Source: Raja brachyura (lineage: Eukaryota). From it: a stretch of 64,000 nt of DNA. The stretch is taken from positions 67,394,001-67,458,000 of the forward strand of contig OY740792.1 in NCBI GenBank assembly GCA_963514005.1. The letters run 5' to 3'. The notes beneath the pieces are model-generated. The model had not been told where the DNA came from. It did not search any database and saw nothing but the letters and a program-made list of their open reading frames with translations. Below are positions 63,879 to 64,000 of the stretch, one piece after another; positions within the stretch are counted from its first letter, which is position 1, and each line of letters opens with the position of its first letter. The translations under genes and the position numbers were made by a program.

Positions 63879-64000
63879 CAACTCCCTGCAATTTATTGCG
63901 GTCTTGAGCTGATCACAAACCAGGCTGTGATGCATCCTGATAAAATGCTTTCTATGGTGCGTATGTAGAAGTTGCTGAGAGTTGCTGGGGATATGCACAG

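Noticed and set aside
1-64000. Prokaryotic systems (CRISPR arrays, operons, defence islands)
   Set aside because: Sequence is intron-containing vertebrate DNA; recurring short repeats are dispersed SINE/pLTR copies, not regularly spaced arrays

Overview
Vertebrate genomic DNA, most likely from a cartilaginous fish (skate/shark type, inferred from V-SINE/HE1-like SINEs, abundant CR1 LINEs and Penelope pLTR repeats). Most of the window is transposon-derived: CR1, L1, Rex1, Penelope with hammerhead ribozymes, nested DIRS, Tc1 and non-autonomous DNA elements. Among the repeats are two minus-strand immunoglobulin-superfamily genes, assembled here by hand from splice sites and phases. Gene 1 (36812 to 21813, six coding exons, about 298 aa) is a complete non-rearranging receptor. 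It has a leader, a germline-joined VJ-type V domain (IGNGT G-strand, as in CTLA-4/NKp30), a C1-set domain, a TM helix carrying an Arg, and a tail with an ITIM (INYENL). An in-frame TAG then cuts off a second ITSM-like motif (TEYAIL) whose Tyr lies 30 residues after the first. Gene 2, about 19 kb upstream on the same strand, is a B7/butyrophilin-like V-C gene. Its leader exon is not in the window, its V domain lacks the F-strand Cys, and no TM exon is apparent, so it may be secreted. The pair looks like a linked receptor/ligand module of primordial immune-complex type. That functional link is inference, and no database search could be run.
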